Shown: piece after piece, positions 33,375 through 45,069 of the stretch
Layout: every line of letters starts with the position of its first letter
How positions within the stretch are numbered: the first letter of the stretch is position 1
DNA from: Savitreella phatthalungensis
Lineage: Eukaryota
Direction of reading: 5' to 3'
NCBI GenBank assembly: GCA_051599415.1
Contig: AP039692.1
Coordinates: 496,001 to 560,000 of the forward strand
DNA length: 64,000 nt
Position numbers and translations under genes: made by a program
The notes under the pieces: model-generated
What the model saw: only the letters and a program-made list of their open reading frames with translations
Databases searched by the model: none
Told to the model about the DNA's origin: nothing

Positions 33375-36116
33375 CTAGAGACCTACAAACAAAGGTTCAC
33401 TGATATACTGTCCATCTGCTGAGGCGTAGGTTCCGAATCCCATGTACTGCTCGGCTGTAGGTAGCATTCCCTTGTCGCCTGTGTCTAGGAGTGACATGAG
33501 TAGGTCGCTCTCGTCTAGACCTGTGGGGAAGGGCGTGCCTGTGAGTGTGCCCTGGTTGTTGTGTGAGCCGTCCTGGTTGGTGATGCCGGCATTGTGGGCT
33601 GTGCCGTCTAGGAGGCCTGATGGTTGTGGGGATCGGTCGTCCACGTGACCGTGGCTGTGTCCTGTGCCGCCGCCGAGCTGGTGCATGTGCGATGAAGAAG
33701 AAGCTTGTCGCTCCCCGGCGCCGCCGCCGCCATGCGCGTGTGACCGCGGTGCAGCCAGCATCGCATCTGCACCACCATTAGGACCTAGTCCACTACCTCC
33801 CGGCAGATTCGGCGAGCTCGAATTCACACCACCTTGATTGTCGTGGTGGACTTGCATCGGGTGATTGCCGTTGCTATTGCTATTGCTGTGGCCGTTGCCC
33901 ATCGCAGCCACTTCCGATGGCGAGACACCGTAGTCGATCGATAGGCCGTGGTGATGCTGCTGTTGCTGTTGCTCGCGCTGCTGCTGTCTGCGGGATCTCA
34001 GTGCTTGGTTGCACATGTACCTGAGGAATTGGACGTCGCGCAGGTTCCGACGAGAGCCCTCTGATTTGGTAGAGAAGTCCTTCAGAATCTGGAGAGCGAC
34101 GCGGAGATCAGCCTTGCACGCCTGAGCGGAGAACTGTGGGTGCATTTTCGACTGGAAGTTGAGGACGACAGAGAAGATGACACCGACGGCGGCAAGCAGG
34201 TATTGCTTTGCCGGGTACCACAGTTGGTCCACGAGGTCCGAGGTGCGCTTGACGAGCGAGATTGTGTGGATCATCTCGCTACACAGCCGTAGCGATAGCT
34301 CTGCCATCCTGAACTGGAACGAATCCTGTGAGACCTCCGTTTTCGGCGGTTCGGTCACGAAGGGGCGGATCAATAGCAAACGGACGTGGCATCCGCGAAG
34401 ATGAAGGAAGAGCTGTTGCTTGGATAGCCACTTTGGCGCCCGGCCGAGCTTGTCCTGGGAGAAGCGCAGGAATGCAGGCAGTGCATATCGCCATTGTTCC
34501 AGCTGGGAGTCGAGGTCCGTGACTGTGCGCTCGTCTGGCGGGAACTGCGCACGGACGCCGTAAACCTTGTCGTAGATGGTGCCGCAGATGGCTGCGAAGT
34601 GGACGTAGGACATCAGGTATGGGATCTTTGATTGTTCCAGCCGGATCTCCGCATCGAGCTGCTGTGGGAAGCGTAGAAGGTCATCAAGCGGGGTCGGGAA
34701 GTCGACATCCGAGTCAGAGTCACGAATACCGATCGGCCGACCTAGTGAGATGCTTGTCCGGCGATCGAGCAGGTATAAACACCACCATGTCCGCCGACGT
34801 GTCTCGACGACCAAGGGCGTCTGGCCTGTTTCCCTCGTGCGCAGGTGGAGACCGATCTCGAAGGCTGCGCGGATTGCCATGCCGGTCATCTTGTAACTTG
34901 CATCTTCGTCTTCGATATGCAAGAAGTAGAGTGAGAGGAGACAGAGCGCCTGAACTGATTCGAGATCGGCAGGCCTGTCGAGGTACTTATCGACAATGAG
35001 GAGTTTGGCGGACAGGTAGTATTTGTGCGCCTGGATTGGACACTGGTCCAGTCCCTGCTGCTCCATCAGGATCATCGCTGCTGCGAGGGTCGCGTACAGG
35101 AGTCCCATCTCACTTGGCGCATACCGCTCCTGCACGTCCGGCAGGTAGTCGCCCTGCGCGTCCCACAACGGAGCATACAGGTCGACAAAGCTGGGCCCGT
35201 GAATCATGGGATACATGCTCATGAGGTCATCGAACAGGGTTGCGAGGATGGCGTAGGTCTCCCCGCGAGGGGGAAGATCCTGTGGGTTAGAGATCGAGAT
35301 GTCAGCCATTTTTTGGGCACCAGTTGGGCTGGCTGGCCGCTCGCAATGGATCAACTCTGCTTCTGTGCGAGAAGAGGCCGGCAGGGTCGAGCATAATCTT
35401 GTGCGCAGCTTGAAGAGCTCCGAGTTGGATGCTGAGGCGCCGTAGAATGCATCGGATGCTGGACCGCTTCTGATTGATATCGACTTGCGCGCCGACGATT
35501 TTGGCGATTGTCCGTTGGCAAGCGAATGGGAGCTGACGGCAGGTGCTGAGGCTGGTCCGCCCATGGCTGCCGTTGCTGCCGCAGAGGTAGGGCCTTTGCT
35601 GAGATGGAGCTTTGGTAAGCGATCTTGCGGGCTGCCGAGAGATACAGACGCCGAGGCGGCGCGCTTGATGCCTGATAGCGCATGTGTCGCGAGTCCAGCC
35701 GGGGTTTGTGACGTGCTCGGCAGTGGGTAGTGATGGAGGATCAGGTCGACTGTATGCTCGAGGCTGGACAGCCGCGTTCCGTAGTCCTCGTCGATGTCTG
35801 ATCCGATGAGCTCGGTCATCATACTGGCATCTGCTGCTGAAGGGTCGCCTGAGCCGGGTCCGTCGCCATCGCCGTCACCATTTCCACCTGCTGTGGATGT
35901 AGCGTCGCCCGGCCGATGACCTGGCCGACGCGCTCCACCACGGGCCTTTCCTGCGAGGTACAGACATTCGACGCCGACCCCGACGCAGTGTGAACATGGC
36001 TGTGATCCGTCACATCGGATCTTGCGCCTTTTACACTCTGCACATGCCTTTGAGACGTACTTTAGTCGCTTGCGCTTTTGAAGGTCTTCTGTTCCCGGGC
36101 TGTCGGGTTCATTCAT
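33375..36116 (-). CDS. Zn(II)2Cys6 fungal transcription factor with Fungal_trans domain
   Basis: ACAECKRRKIRCDGSQPCSHCVGVGVECLY; AIRAAFEIGLH..ETRRRTWWCLYLLDR..LGRP. First in-frame ATG is at 36116; an upstream exon is possible. Confidence 0.9.
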   Translation of the reverse strand: MNEPDSPGTEDLQKRKRLKYVSKACAECKRRKIRCDGSQPCSHCVGVGVECLYLAGKARGGARRPGHRPGDATSTAGGNGDGDGDGPGSGDPSAADASMMTELIGSDIDEDYGTRLSSLEHTVDLILHHYPLPSTSQTPAGLATHALSGIKRAASASVSLGSPQDRLPKLHLSKGPTSAAATAAMGGPASAPAVSSHSLANGQSPKSSARKSISIRSGPASDAFYGASASNSELFKLRTRLCSTLPASSRTEAELIHCERPASPTGAQKMADISISNPQDLPPRGETYAILATLFDDLMSMYPMIHGPSFVDLYAPLWDAQGDYLPDVQERYAPSEMGLLYATLAAAMILMEQQGLDQCPIQAHKYYLSAKLLIVDKYLDRPADLESVQALCLLSLYFLHIEDEDASYKMTGMAIRAAFEIGLHLRTRETGQTPLVVETRRRTWWCLYLLDRRTSISLGRPIGIRDSDSDVDFPTPLDDLLRFPQQLDAEIRLEQSKIPYLMSYVHFAAICGTIYDKVYGVRAQFPPDERTVTDLDSQLEQWRYALPAFLRFSQDKLGRAPKWLSKQQLFLHLRGCHVRLLLIRPFVTEPPKTEVSQDSFQFRMAELSLRLCSEMIHTISLVKRTSDLVDQLWYPAKQYLLAAVGVIFSVVLNFQSKMHPQFSAQACKADLRVALQILKDFSTKSEGSRRNLRDVQFLRYMCNQALRSRRQQQREQQQQQHHHGLSIDYGVSPSEVAAMGNGHSNSNSNGNHPMQVHHDNQGGVNSSSPNLPGGSGLGPNGGADAMLAAPRSHAHGGGGAGERQASSSSHMHQLGGGTGHSHGHVDDRSPQPSGLLDGTAHNAGITNQDGSHNNQGTLTGTPFPTGLDESDLLMSLLDTGDKGMLPTAEQYMGFGTYASADGQYISEPLFVGL

Positions 36117-37075
36117 CCCCGGTGGATGTGGGTCAAGAGGTTGCAGGTCAAGAGTGACAGAGGCTGCGCGTGATTGATTTGGCTTCACCGCGCTGGGTTA
36201 TTGCGCGCGCAAGGCTGATTAGCAGATCGCGCTGTACGAGTGTAGTCCAGTAGACAAGTCGGTGAATCTGTGAATTGGAGCCCAGTGATAGAGAAGGAAG
36301 TGGATAGAGGGGAGGCTCGAGTGATGATGATCTGATTCCTCCACCTTCCTTGTCTGTCGACTTGCTGATGAGCCTGGTTGAGTAGGCGATTGAGCGAGCG
36401 ATTGAGTGGGCGATTGAGTGACTGGTAGATTGCTCTCTTTCAGAAGGGTTTTACGTCAGGTGAGCTGTGTGCAGCTGAGGTGCATCTTTCGATCAACTAG
36501 CTTGCTGGTTTGAATGATGCTGCATTTGATTTACAAATTCACACTGCAGTGCATATATATGCGACCGACAGCCACACATTTGGATATATAATCAATATAT
36601 GCCGTCCGTACGTATAAATGATTAGTTTTGCAAAGTGACTGATCATGTTATATCCTGACCAGATTCAATTCATCTAATCTGGGGAAGCATGATTCACGTG
36701 TACTGACCTATTATACCGGTGACCATGCTTGACAGCTGCATGAGTAATACTGTACTACCCGGCACAAAGTCTTTCCTGTCAAGACCAGCTGGTAATTCCC
36801 TTACCGACTCACCTGATGACCCAGCTGTCAGACAATGTCGAGTCAGATCAAGTGATTTGGGTCCACATGCTCCATTGACGAAGACTCCAAGGCGCCCTAA
36901 GTCAAAGTGACTACGAGCAAAGTGACAATTGAACGCATCACGGTCAAATGGTGAACATGGATTTCATTGACAGTTTGAGGTAGACAGAATCAGGTAAGAC
37001 TGATCGGAATGGCGAAGCGCGCTAAAGTATGAAGAATATCGATCAGGATCTCTCTGATTGATGATTTTTCCCCTT

Positions 37076-37758
37076 TTATGCTGACCAGATGCGCTTGATG
37101 GCTTCAGTGAGGCCGACATCGTTGGTCTCAAACTCGTAGAATCCGATGGCGACGACGGTGGTGGCCAGTCGAAGTACCCACTTCATGCCGTCTGCCCAGA
37201 ATGCACCGTACTTGTACTTTGGCACGTAGTCGCTGATACACGCGTCAAAGCCGATGTGGGAGTGAATCAAGGTGGTTGCGACCAGCAGAGCATCCGTCAC
37301 AGGGTTTAGCGAACCAGCAGCAAATGGCGCAATCGTCAAGGGAATGATTGCCACTGAGATAGCACGCTCAAATGCCCAGTGGTATGAACCATGTGCTTTG
37401 TCTGTGGGAATAAGCGTTAGTCAAAGTTCCAGAAATCTTAGTGCAACATCCTCCTATCAGTGGTGGTAATAGAGGGTGCAGATGATGTTTGAAATCAGGA
37501 GTAACATACTTGGCGCAGGGAATTTGATTGGGTCGTTGATGGTGCCATCGATGACCTGAGGTCCAGCTGGGCCGATGCTGTTTGGCCGTGCTAAAAGGGA
37601 AAAGTCAGCAACTGCGCATTATACAAGCAACATCTAGACTGCAAGTTGTGAGATGATTTGGAAGTTGACTTACTTGTGTGGAGCATGGCTGTGCGGAGGA
37701 CAGAAGGGCGAGCGACTGCAGACAGGAGTGACCTCCGGGCGATCCCTGGAGCGAACAT
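37076..37758 (-). CDS. SDH4: Succinate dehydrogenase cytochrome b small subunit (CybS/Sdh4/Tim18 family), 3 exons
   Basis: Presequence MFAPGIARRSLL. Removing two introns (GTAAGT..GCTGAC..TAG and GTATGT..ACTAAC..CAG) gives PQVIDGTINDP..HGSYHWAFER..HSHIGFDACISDY..YEFETNDVGLTEAIKRIW. Confidence 0.92.
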
Positions 37759-38717
37759 GATGAGAGGATATGAAGGTAGCGCTTGAACAGAGTTTCTTTT
37801 GTAATAGATGAGCACGTTGAAGGCGTGTGCTATGGATGAGAGAGTATATTGCTGTATCCCGATGGATTCTGATGGTGAGACAGAAGGGAAAGAGCACGAG
37901 CACGCGCAGGCGGAGATAGTGAGTGAGTGAGACTACGATTGAGCAATAGAGTATACAGTATACAGGATGCAGTAGAGCAGTGGAGTGAATGAGTGATTGG
38001 GTGAGGGAGTGAGTGAGTGAGTGAAGTGAGACTGAGTAAGAGAAGCAGTCAGTCAGTCAGTCATTCAGTCAGTCAGCGGAGCAGTGTGTCAGTAGGTGTG
38101 TGGAGGAGAGACTAGACTAGAGGACAGTAGGGAGAGTCAATGTAGGATGCGGATGCAGATGCAGCTAACGGGAACGATTCAAGCTTGATTTCCGTGCAGC
38201 TGATTTAATTCTTCTAAGGAGATTGCGGAGATTTTATTAGATTCCCAGATCGATGTCTAATCATTTTGAGATATTTTTGTACTATATATATATATATTCT
38301 TGATAGCCAATGGGGAACGGTGTATTGTCAATTTACAATTGTTCAGATCTCCCCCCCTTCCGATCAAAGCCGAACTTCGTAGGATTCAGCCACAAAATCA
38401 CGGAACCACCGATATTAGCCACAAATTTCATCGGGAGGATCAATTTAGTAAATGCTCAAGGGTATATTCTACCTCTCTCAAACTCAAATATACGAAATGA
38501 TTTTAAATTTCTGACTTTAAATTTCCCATCAATTTCGAATTATAAATGAATTATTTCTTAGAGAGCACATTTGAAGGATGCACTCGATTGAGAAGAGCAG
38601 AGAGAGAGAGATTTCTCCTCCGGCAGGATTAGAAACCCGTGTCTGTCTACCTGACTCTGACCAGACAAACTACCGATCGAGTTACTACCTACCTCTCCAT
38701 CCAACCAACGAACCAAC

Positions 38718-38752
<35 letters not shown>
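38718..38752. repeat. (GCAA)n microsatellite upstream of MAS1
   Basis: gcaagcaagcaa run. Confidence 0.9.
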
Positions 38753-38899
38753 CGAGCCAGGCAGCTAGTGACTCAACCAGCCAGCGACTCAGTCAGTTAC
38801 TCCGTCAGTTACTCAGTCAGCTAGCTCTTCATCAAATCACCTCTTCATACTCCTTCCCACCCTCCCTCCTTCACAAAACATACATCACCTCATCCTGCA

Positions 38900-40336
38900 A
38901 TGCTCTCCCGTGCAGCCCGGAGTGCACCTCGTCTGAGGTTGAACCAGAAGCTGGTCTCCCCATCAGCACAATCCGCCCTTCGTCGCGGATTCGCCTCACA
39001 GGTCCCGCTGTCCAGCAAGACAGAGACCACAACGCTCTCCAACGGCTTCACCGTCGCTACCGAGCACTCCCCTTACGCACAGACAGCCACCGTCGGAGTC
39101 TGGATCGATGCAGGAAGCCGCGCAGAAACAGACAAGACAAATGGTGCAGCACACTTCCTAGAGCACCTCGCCTTCAAGGGCACGGGAAAGCGCACCCAGC
39201 AGCAGCTCGAGCTCGAGATTGAGAACATGGGAGCACACCTCAATGCCTACACATCCCGTGAGCAGACAGTCTACTACGCAAAATCCTTCAAGCAGGATGC
39301 AGCAAAGACTGTCGATGTCCTCTCCGATATCCTCCAGAACTCGAAGCTCGAGGAATCGGCGATCGAGCGTGAGCGCGACGTCATTCTCCGCGAGCAGGAA
39401 GAGGTCGACAAGCAGACAGAGGAGGTCGTCTTTGACCACCTCCATGCTACCGCCTTCCAGGGCCACGCGCTTGGTCGCACAATCCTCGGACCGCGCGAAA
39501 ACATCCAGTCCCTCTCAAAGACAGACCTCTCGAACTACATCAACACAAACTACACCGCAGACCGGATGGTCCTCGTCGGTGCAGGCGGCGTCGAGCACGC
39601 TGAGCTTGTCAAGCTTGCAGAGCAGCACTTTGGCGGCATCCAGAGCTCTGGCAGCAACGCATCGATCGGTAGCCCCCGTGGTGGCTCTACCCCTGCTTTT
39701 GTCGGCTCGGAGATCCGTCTGCGCGATGACACCATGGGTCTCGCCCACATCGCCCTTGCCGTGGAAGGTGCCTCGTGGAACGACCCTGACTACTGGCCCC
39801 TGCTCGTCTGCCAGGCTATCATTGGCAACTACGACCGCGCCCTCGGCAGCGCTCCCCACCTCGGCTCTAAGCTCTCGACCATCGTCCACTCCCACAAGCT
39901 GGCCAACAGCTTCATGTCCTTCTCGACCTCCTACTCCGACACAGGTCTCTGGGGCATCTACCTCGTCACCGAGAACCTCACCAACATCGACGACCTCGTC
40001 CACTTCACCCTTAAGGAGTGGTCGCGCTTGTCCGTGAGTGTGGCTGACGCAGATGTCGAGCGTGCCAAGGCACAGCTCAAGGCATCACTCCTCCTCGGCC
40101 TCGACGGCACGACTCAGGTGGCTGAGGACATTGGCAGGCAGATCGCCACCACCGGCCGTCGCATGAGCCCCTTCGAGTGTGACAAGAACATCGCCCAGGT
40201 GACAGCAGCAGACGTCCGTCGCGTCGCCCAGCGTCGCATTTGGGACCAGGACCTCGCCATCTCTGCAGTCGGAAACATCGAGGGTCTGCTCGACTACAAC
40301 CGCATTCGCGCAGACATGAGCATCCTCCGTTACTAG
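38900..40336 (+). CDS. MAS1: Mitochondrial processing peptidase beta subunit / complex III core 1
   Basis: Presequence, TVGVWIDAGSR, inverted zincin HFLEH, LNAYTSRE, SYSDTGLWGIY. Confidence 0.96.
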   Translation: MLSRAARSAPRLRLNQKLVSPSAQSALRRGFASQVPLSSKTETTTLSNGFTVATEHSPYAQTATVGVWIDAGSRAETDKTNGAAHFLEHLAFKGTGKRTQQQLELEIENMGAHLNAYTSREQTVYYAKSFKQDAAKTVDVLSDILQNSKLEESAIERERDVILREQEEVDKQTEEVVFDHLHATAFQGHALGRTILGPRENIQSLSKTDLSNYINTNYTADRMVLVGAGGVEHAELVKLAEQHFGGIQSSGSNASIGSPRGGSTPAFVGSEIRLRDDTMGLAHIALAVEGASWNDPDYWPLLVCQAIIGNYDRALGSAPHLGSKLSTIVHSHKLANSFMSFSTSYSDTGLWGIYLVTENLTNIDDLVHFTLKEWSRLSVSVADADVERAKAQLKASLLLGLDGTTQVAEDIGRQIATTGRRMSPFECDKNIAQVTAADVRRVAQRRIWDQDLAISAVGNIEGLLDYNRIRADMSILRY

Positions 40337-40912
40337 ACTTTGAAACTTTCCTCTTGCCCACTCTCACAGCCCGTCCAACTTCCCACCCCGAAACCATCAT
40401 ACACACACATAGCAGCTTAGTAAAGCACACTACATCAAATAACGAGGCTCTCCCTTCGAGTGGCTGTTAGTATACCCCTCAGGACTGAGGACTTGACTGA
40501 TGACTACCTGAGGTGATGAAAGACGCCCGGGCTCCCACGAATTCTCATAGACCTTGGGCGTGTAAATCTTCGTTCATATCAGATCAAGATCTTTGGCAGT
40601 CCTGTGCTTTGCACTGACAATTTTCAGCTCAATTGCATATGTGGATACACACACATACGTATCCACCATACTCAATGCACAGGCTATACAACAAACAGGA
40701 GAAGTAAGGTCATAGCAGCAACAGCATCCGTCTTCTTCGACCTGCTTGAGACCCTTTGAACCACTAAAGAGGACAGTCCATCGAGCCTTTTATAGCTTGC
40801 AAGCTCTGTGTCTGTGCTTGACTCGTAAATCAGGCCTCTAACATGACTCTAAAAGCAAGCGCATAGCCCTCATCCCACTTTCTTCACGTCAAGTCAGGCG
40901 CTACATCCGACA

Positions 40913-43900
40913 ATGCCGCAACTGACGCTGCCTGTCTATGGTAAGTACCCTATCGCTGTCGCCGTCGCATCGGTCTCAGATGTGTATGGCCCAGTCAGAG
41001 CTCCTGACGCGCGTGGTGCAGCTCGTGTAGCAGATCGCTGACAAAACAAATACAGGCATGACATGCGGCAACTGTACAGCTGCGATCGAACGCGCGCTGA
41101 GATCTCGACCAGGTGTCATTTCTGCCACAGCGACGCTCCAGCCGACTGGATCCTGCACGATCAAGTACGACGGATCACTCATCTCTGCTGACGACCTACG
41201 AGAGGCGATCGAAGACGCAGGATTCGATCTAGAGCCGCCACCACCAACAACAATTTCCATGGCGCAGTCCGCATACGACTACAAGCAGCCTCTTATCAGC
41301 GCCATAGAAACAACGACGACCACGACGAGCTCCTCGAACACGCCTTCGCCACCGCTCGCAGCAGAGATGCTCACCACAATCATCGCGATCCAGGGAATGA
41401 CATGCGGCAGCTGTACGGCTGCAATCGAACGGCAGGTCAACCCGGGTAAGGTCGCTGGACTGACATCATTCGCGGTATCGCTGATCTCTGAACGCGCGTC
41501 TGCTGTGCACGACGGTCAGATGGTGAGTGCTTCTCAGATTGTAGATATGATCGAAGACTGCGGGTTTGATGCGCAGGTGATCTCATCCGAGCCGGTACGC
41601 CCAAAGGGCGTCTCTGCCACCACGACGACCACCGAGGTCGGCCGACAGACAGCCCACGTGCGAGTGTATGGCCTCGAGGGCGAATCAGGCATTCGCAACC
41701 TCCATCAATCTCTCGCCACTCTCCCGGGTATCATCGATCTCCACGTCGATCTCCCGGCCGAGCTCGCCACAATCGAATACGACGGCTCGAAACTCGGCGT
41801 TCGCGACGTCGTCGAAGCCATTGGCGCATTAGGCTACACGGCTATCCTGGCGGACTCGCAGGAGAATGCGACGCAGTTGCAATCGCTGGCGCGAGTGCGC
41901 GAGGTCCGGATGTGGCGGTCGGCATTCTGGGCTTCACTGCGGTGGATGGTGCCAGTATTCTTCCTCCACATGATCGTCCGCCACGCCTCCTGGGGTAAGG
42001 ACTACTACAACATGACGGTCCTGTGTGATGGACTGGTAATCGGAGACCTCGTCTCCATGGGCATGACCATTCCCATCCAGTTTGGTACAGGTCTCAGATT
42101 CTACCAGTCAGCCTGGCGCGCGCTCCGCCACGGATCAGCCACAATGGACGTCCTCGTCGTCTTTGGCACCACAGCCAGCTTTGCATTCTCCCTCCTCTCG
42201 ATGGCCGTGGCAGTCATCTCACCCGTCCATCCGCCAGCATCCACCTTCTTCGATACCTCTGCGATGCTCATCACCTTTGTCACGTTCGGCAGGTACCTCG
42301 AGAACAAGGCTAAAGGTGCCACTTCTGCTGCGCTCTCCCGCCTCATGAGCTTGGCGCCATCGACCGCAACCATCTACGTCCATCCAAACCATCCTGAGAA
42401 GATGGAGGAGCGCACGATCCCGACAGAGCTTGTCCAGGTATCCGATATCGTCCTCCTGAGACCCGGTAGCAAAGTGCCTGCTGATGGAGTTGTCGTCGCC
42501 GGTGACTCGTGGCTGGATGAGAGCATGATCACCGGCGAGTCTCGAGCTGTGCGCAAGCAAGTGGGCGATACCGTTGCTGCAGGCACAGTCAACGGTCGCG
42601 GTCGACTTGACATCCGGATCACACGTACAGGTCGCGATACGCAGCTCGCCCAAATCGTCCGGCTGGTCCAAGACGCCCAAACATCGCGAGCACCAATCCA
42701 GCGATTCAGCGACCGCGTCGCAGGCTACTTTGTCCCTATTATCCTCACACTCAGCATCTGCACCTTCTTCGGCTGGCTCGTCGCGTCCTCCAGGATGACG
42801 AACCCGCCGATGATGTTCATGCATGCTGGCGAGGTCGCCGGAGGCCGAGTCATGGCATGCCTGAAGCTATGCGTGGCCGTGGTCGTTGTCGCATGTCCCT
42901 GTGCCCTCGGACTTGCGACGCCGACGGCAGTCATGGTCGGTACAGGCATGGCCGCAGCCAGAGGCATCCTCATCAAGGGTGGACCGATCCTCGAAGTCGC
43001 CACCCGCATCACTCACTGCCTCCTCGACAAGACTGGCACCCTCACTCACGGCCGCATGGCTGTCATGCACGTTCGACGATCCAACAACATCGCCATCACA
43101 GAACACCTCTGGTGGACACTCCTGGCCGCTGCAGAACAGCATTCAGAGCACCCAACAGGCCGGGCCGTTTGCGAGTACGCTCGATCGGCGCTCCGGGGCG
43201 CTCCGACCGTTGGTGCGACCTCGTTTGAAGCGGTCGCTGGCCGTGGCGTGCGGGCAACAGTCGTTGTGGATGGGGTGACGCACGTCGTCTTTGTCGGGAA
43301 CGCTCGATTCCTTACGGAGCAGCACGTTTCAGCGATCGATGTCTCGCTCGAGTCCACGCTCTCGGAAGACGAACGTCTCGGCCACACCTGCATCCACATC
43401 GCCATCGACTCACTCCCGGCAGGCTACATCGCCCTTGCCGACACCCTCCGTCCCGACGCCCATCGCACAGTCCAAGCACTCCTCCGCCTCAACATCAAAC
43501 CACTCATCGTCACAGGAGACAGGCGATTCGTAGCCCTTCGCGTCGCCGCACAACTTCAAATTCCGCCGGAGGACGTATTTGCCGAATGCTCACCCTCGGA
43601 CAAGCAATCCATCGTCCGGGACCTCCAAGCTCTAGGCAGTGCTGCTGTGATGGTGGTCGGTGATGGGATCAACGATTCTCCTGCCCTTGCGTCTGCCGAC
43701 TTGGGTTGCGCGCTTAGCGATGGTGCCGAGGTTGCTGTGGAAGCAGCGGATATGGTGTTGATGCGTCAGGGGAGGTTAGTGGATGCTGCAGTCGCAGTCG
43801 CTGCAGCCAGAGCCATCTACACCCGAATTAAGTGGAACCTGGTCTGGGCCGCAGGGTATAATCTCTTAGCAGTACCAGTGGCCATGGGTCTCTTCCTACC

Positions 43901-44198
43901 AATCGGAATACATATGCATCCACCCGTCGCTGCAGCACTCATGGCAGCAAGCTCAATCAGTGTTGTGTGCTCTAGTCTGCTACTCAGATACTGGACCCCA
44001 CCCGCCTTCCTCACCGATGATAGCGATGAAGACGACGACAACAATCAAGTCGATCAATTCCACGACACAAACGTCCAGCCTAGTCTTAAGCGCGATCTCA
44101 AGGCACTCGTCACCGGAATCTTCACACGTTCCAAATCCGCAGCAGCAGAAGCAGATGGCGAAGACCAACAGGAGCTTCGACCCATGCGAACTGTCTAA
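40913..44198 (+). CDS. CCC2: Cu(I)-transporting P1B ATPase; exons 40913-40940, 41056-44198
   Basis: Intron GTAAGT..GCTGAC..CAG gives MPQLTLPVYGMTCGNC. Two GMTCxxC HMA domains plus a degenerate one, TGES, CPC, DKTGT, SEHP, GDGINDSP, YN and MxxSS. Confidence 0.93.
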
Positions 44199-44331
44199 TG
44201 ATTTGTAAGAGATCGTGAGGCGTGATTGAGGATTAGTGAATACGTTCGGGTCGATGTCGAGTACTCAAGGCATACATGCTGGGATGTGCTTTTTTTTCTC
44301 TCTGATTAGACATCTTTTTGACTTGGACGAC

Positions 44332-45069
44332 TTAGAACTGGATTTCTGATCGGCATTTGTACCAGTGCTTACCATCGGTAGACTGCGCGAGTGTGCTCCA
44401 GCACAGGTGCAAGGTCTTGCCATCGTTCAGCTGCCACCCGGCCATCGCATAGATCGGGCCATCTCCCGAGTCAGCAGACGCCACCCTCACCGCAACAGCG
44501 CCGGCAAACGTCGTGGTGTCTCCAGGAAGTATACCGCAAGTGCCAGCGTATGTCAATGGTGATCCAGCTGCATCGCCCCCAAACAAAACGAATGACGACC
44601 TCACGACATCCACATCGACCACCGTGGTACCCTGCACACCAGCACCGGGAATCACACACACAGCTCGACCGTCGTTGATCTGGGCGTCCCCAATGGCGAT
44701 AGGAGTGGCGGCGGCTGCTGCTGATGTGGCAACTGGCGTGGGGATCGTCGTTGACGGTGTCAGACTAGAAGCAGCGGTTGGAGCGGATGTTGGAGCGGAT
44801 GTTGCTGATGGTGGAGATGGGCTGGAATCACTAACAAGCGTGGGAGTCGATGATGATTTCAGGAGACTAGAATCATCAGCTGGAATAGGAGTTGTGGATG
44901 GCGGCACAGGACCGAAGGGATCCTCTGATTCAGCAGGAGTGAGCGTCGGCGTTGGCGTTGGCGTGGGTGAGGGCCAAATTGTTGGTGAAGCTTCTGAAGG
45001 CTGCTTGTGCTGCCGTGCAGGCACGGCGGATGCAAGCGCCGCAAAGAGGATGATCGAAACCGGAAGCAT
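44332..45069 (-). CDS. Secreted protein with P/T/S-rich linker and C-terminal 4-Cys domain (family copy 1)
   Basis: Signal-like MLPVSIILFAALASA from ATG 45069. Domain INDGRAVC..TYAGTC..AMAGW..LHLCWST..STDGKHWYKC. Confidence 0.8.
   Translation of the reverse strand: MLPVSIILFAALASAVPARQHKQPSEASPTIWPSPTPTPTPTLTPAESEDPFGPVPPSTTPIPADDSSLLKSSSTPTLVSDSSPSPPSATSAPTSAPTAASSLTPSTTIPTPVATSAAAAATPIAIGDAQINDGRAVCVIPGAGVQGTTVVDVDVVRSSFVLFGGDAAGSPLTYAGTCGILPGDTTTFAGAVAVRVASADSGDGPIYAMAGWQLNDGKTLHLCWSTLAQSTDGKHWYKCRSEIQF

Noticed and set aside
39219..40037. Long overlapping and antisense ORFs within MAS1 (likewise in CCC2, the ABC gene and the NRPS)
   Set aside because: Explained by strong C-ending codon bias suppressing stops in other frames.
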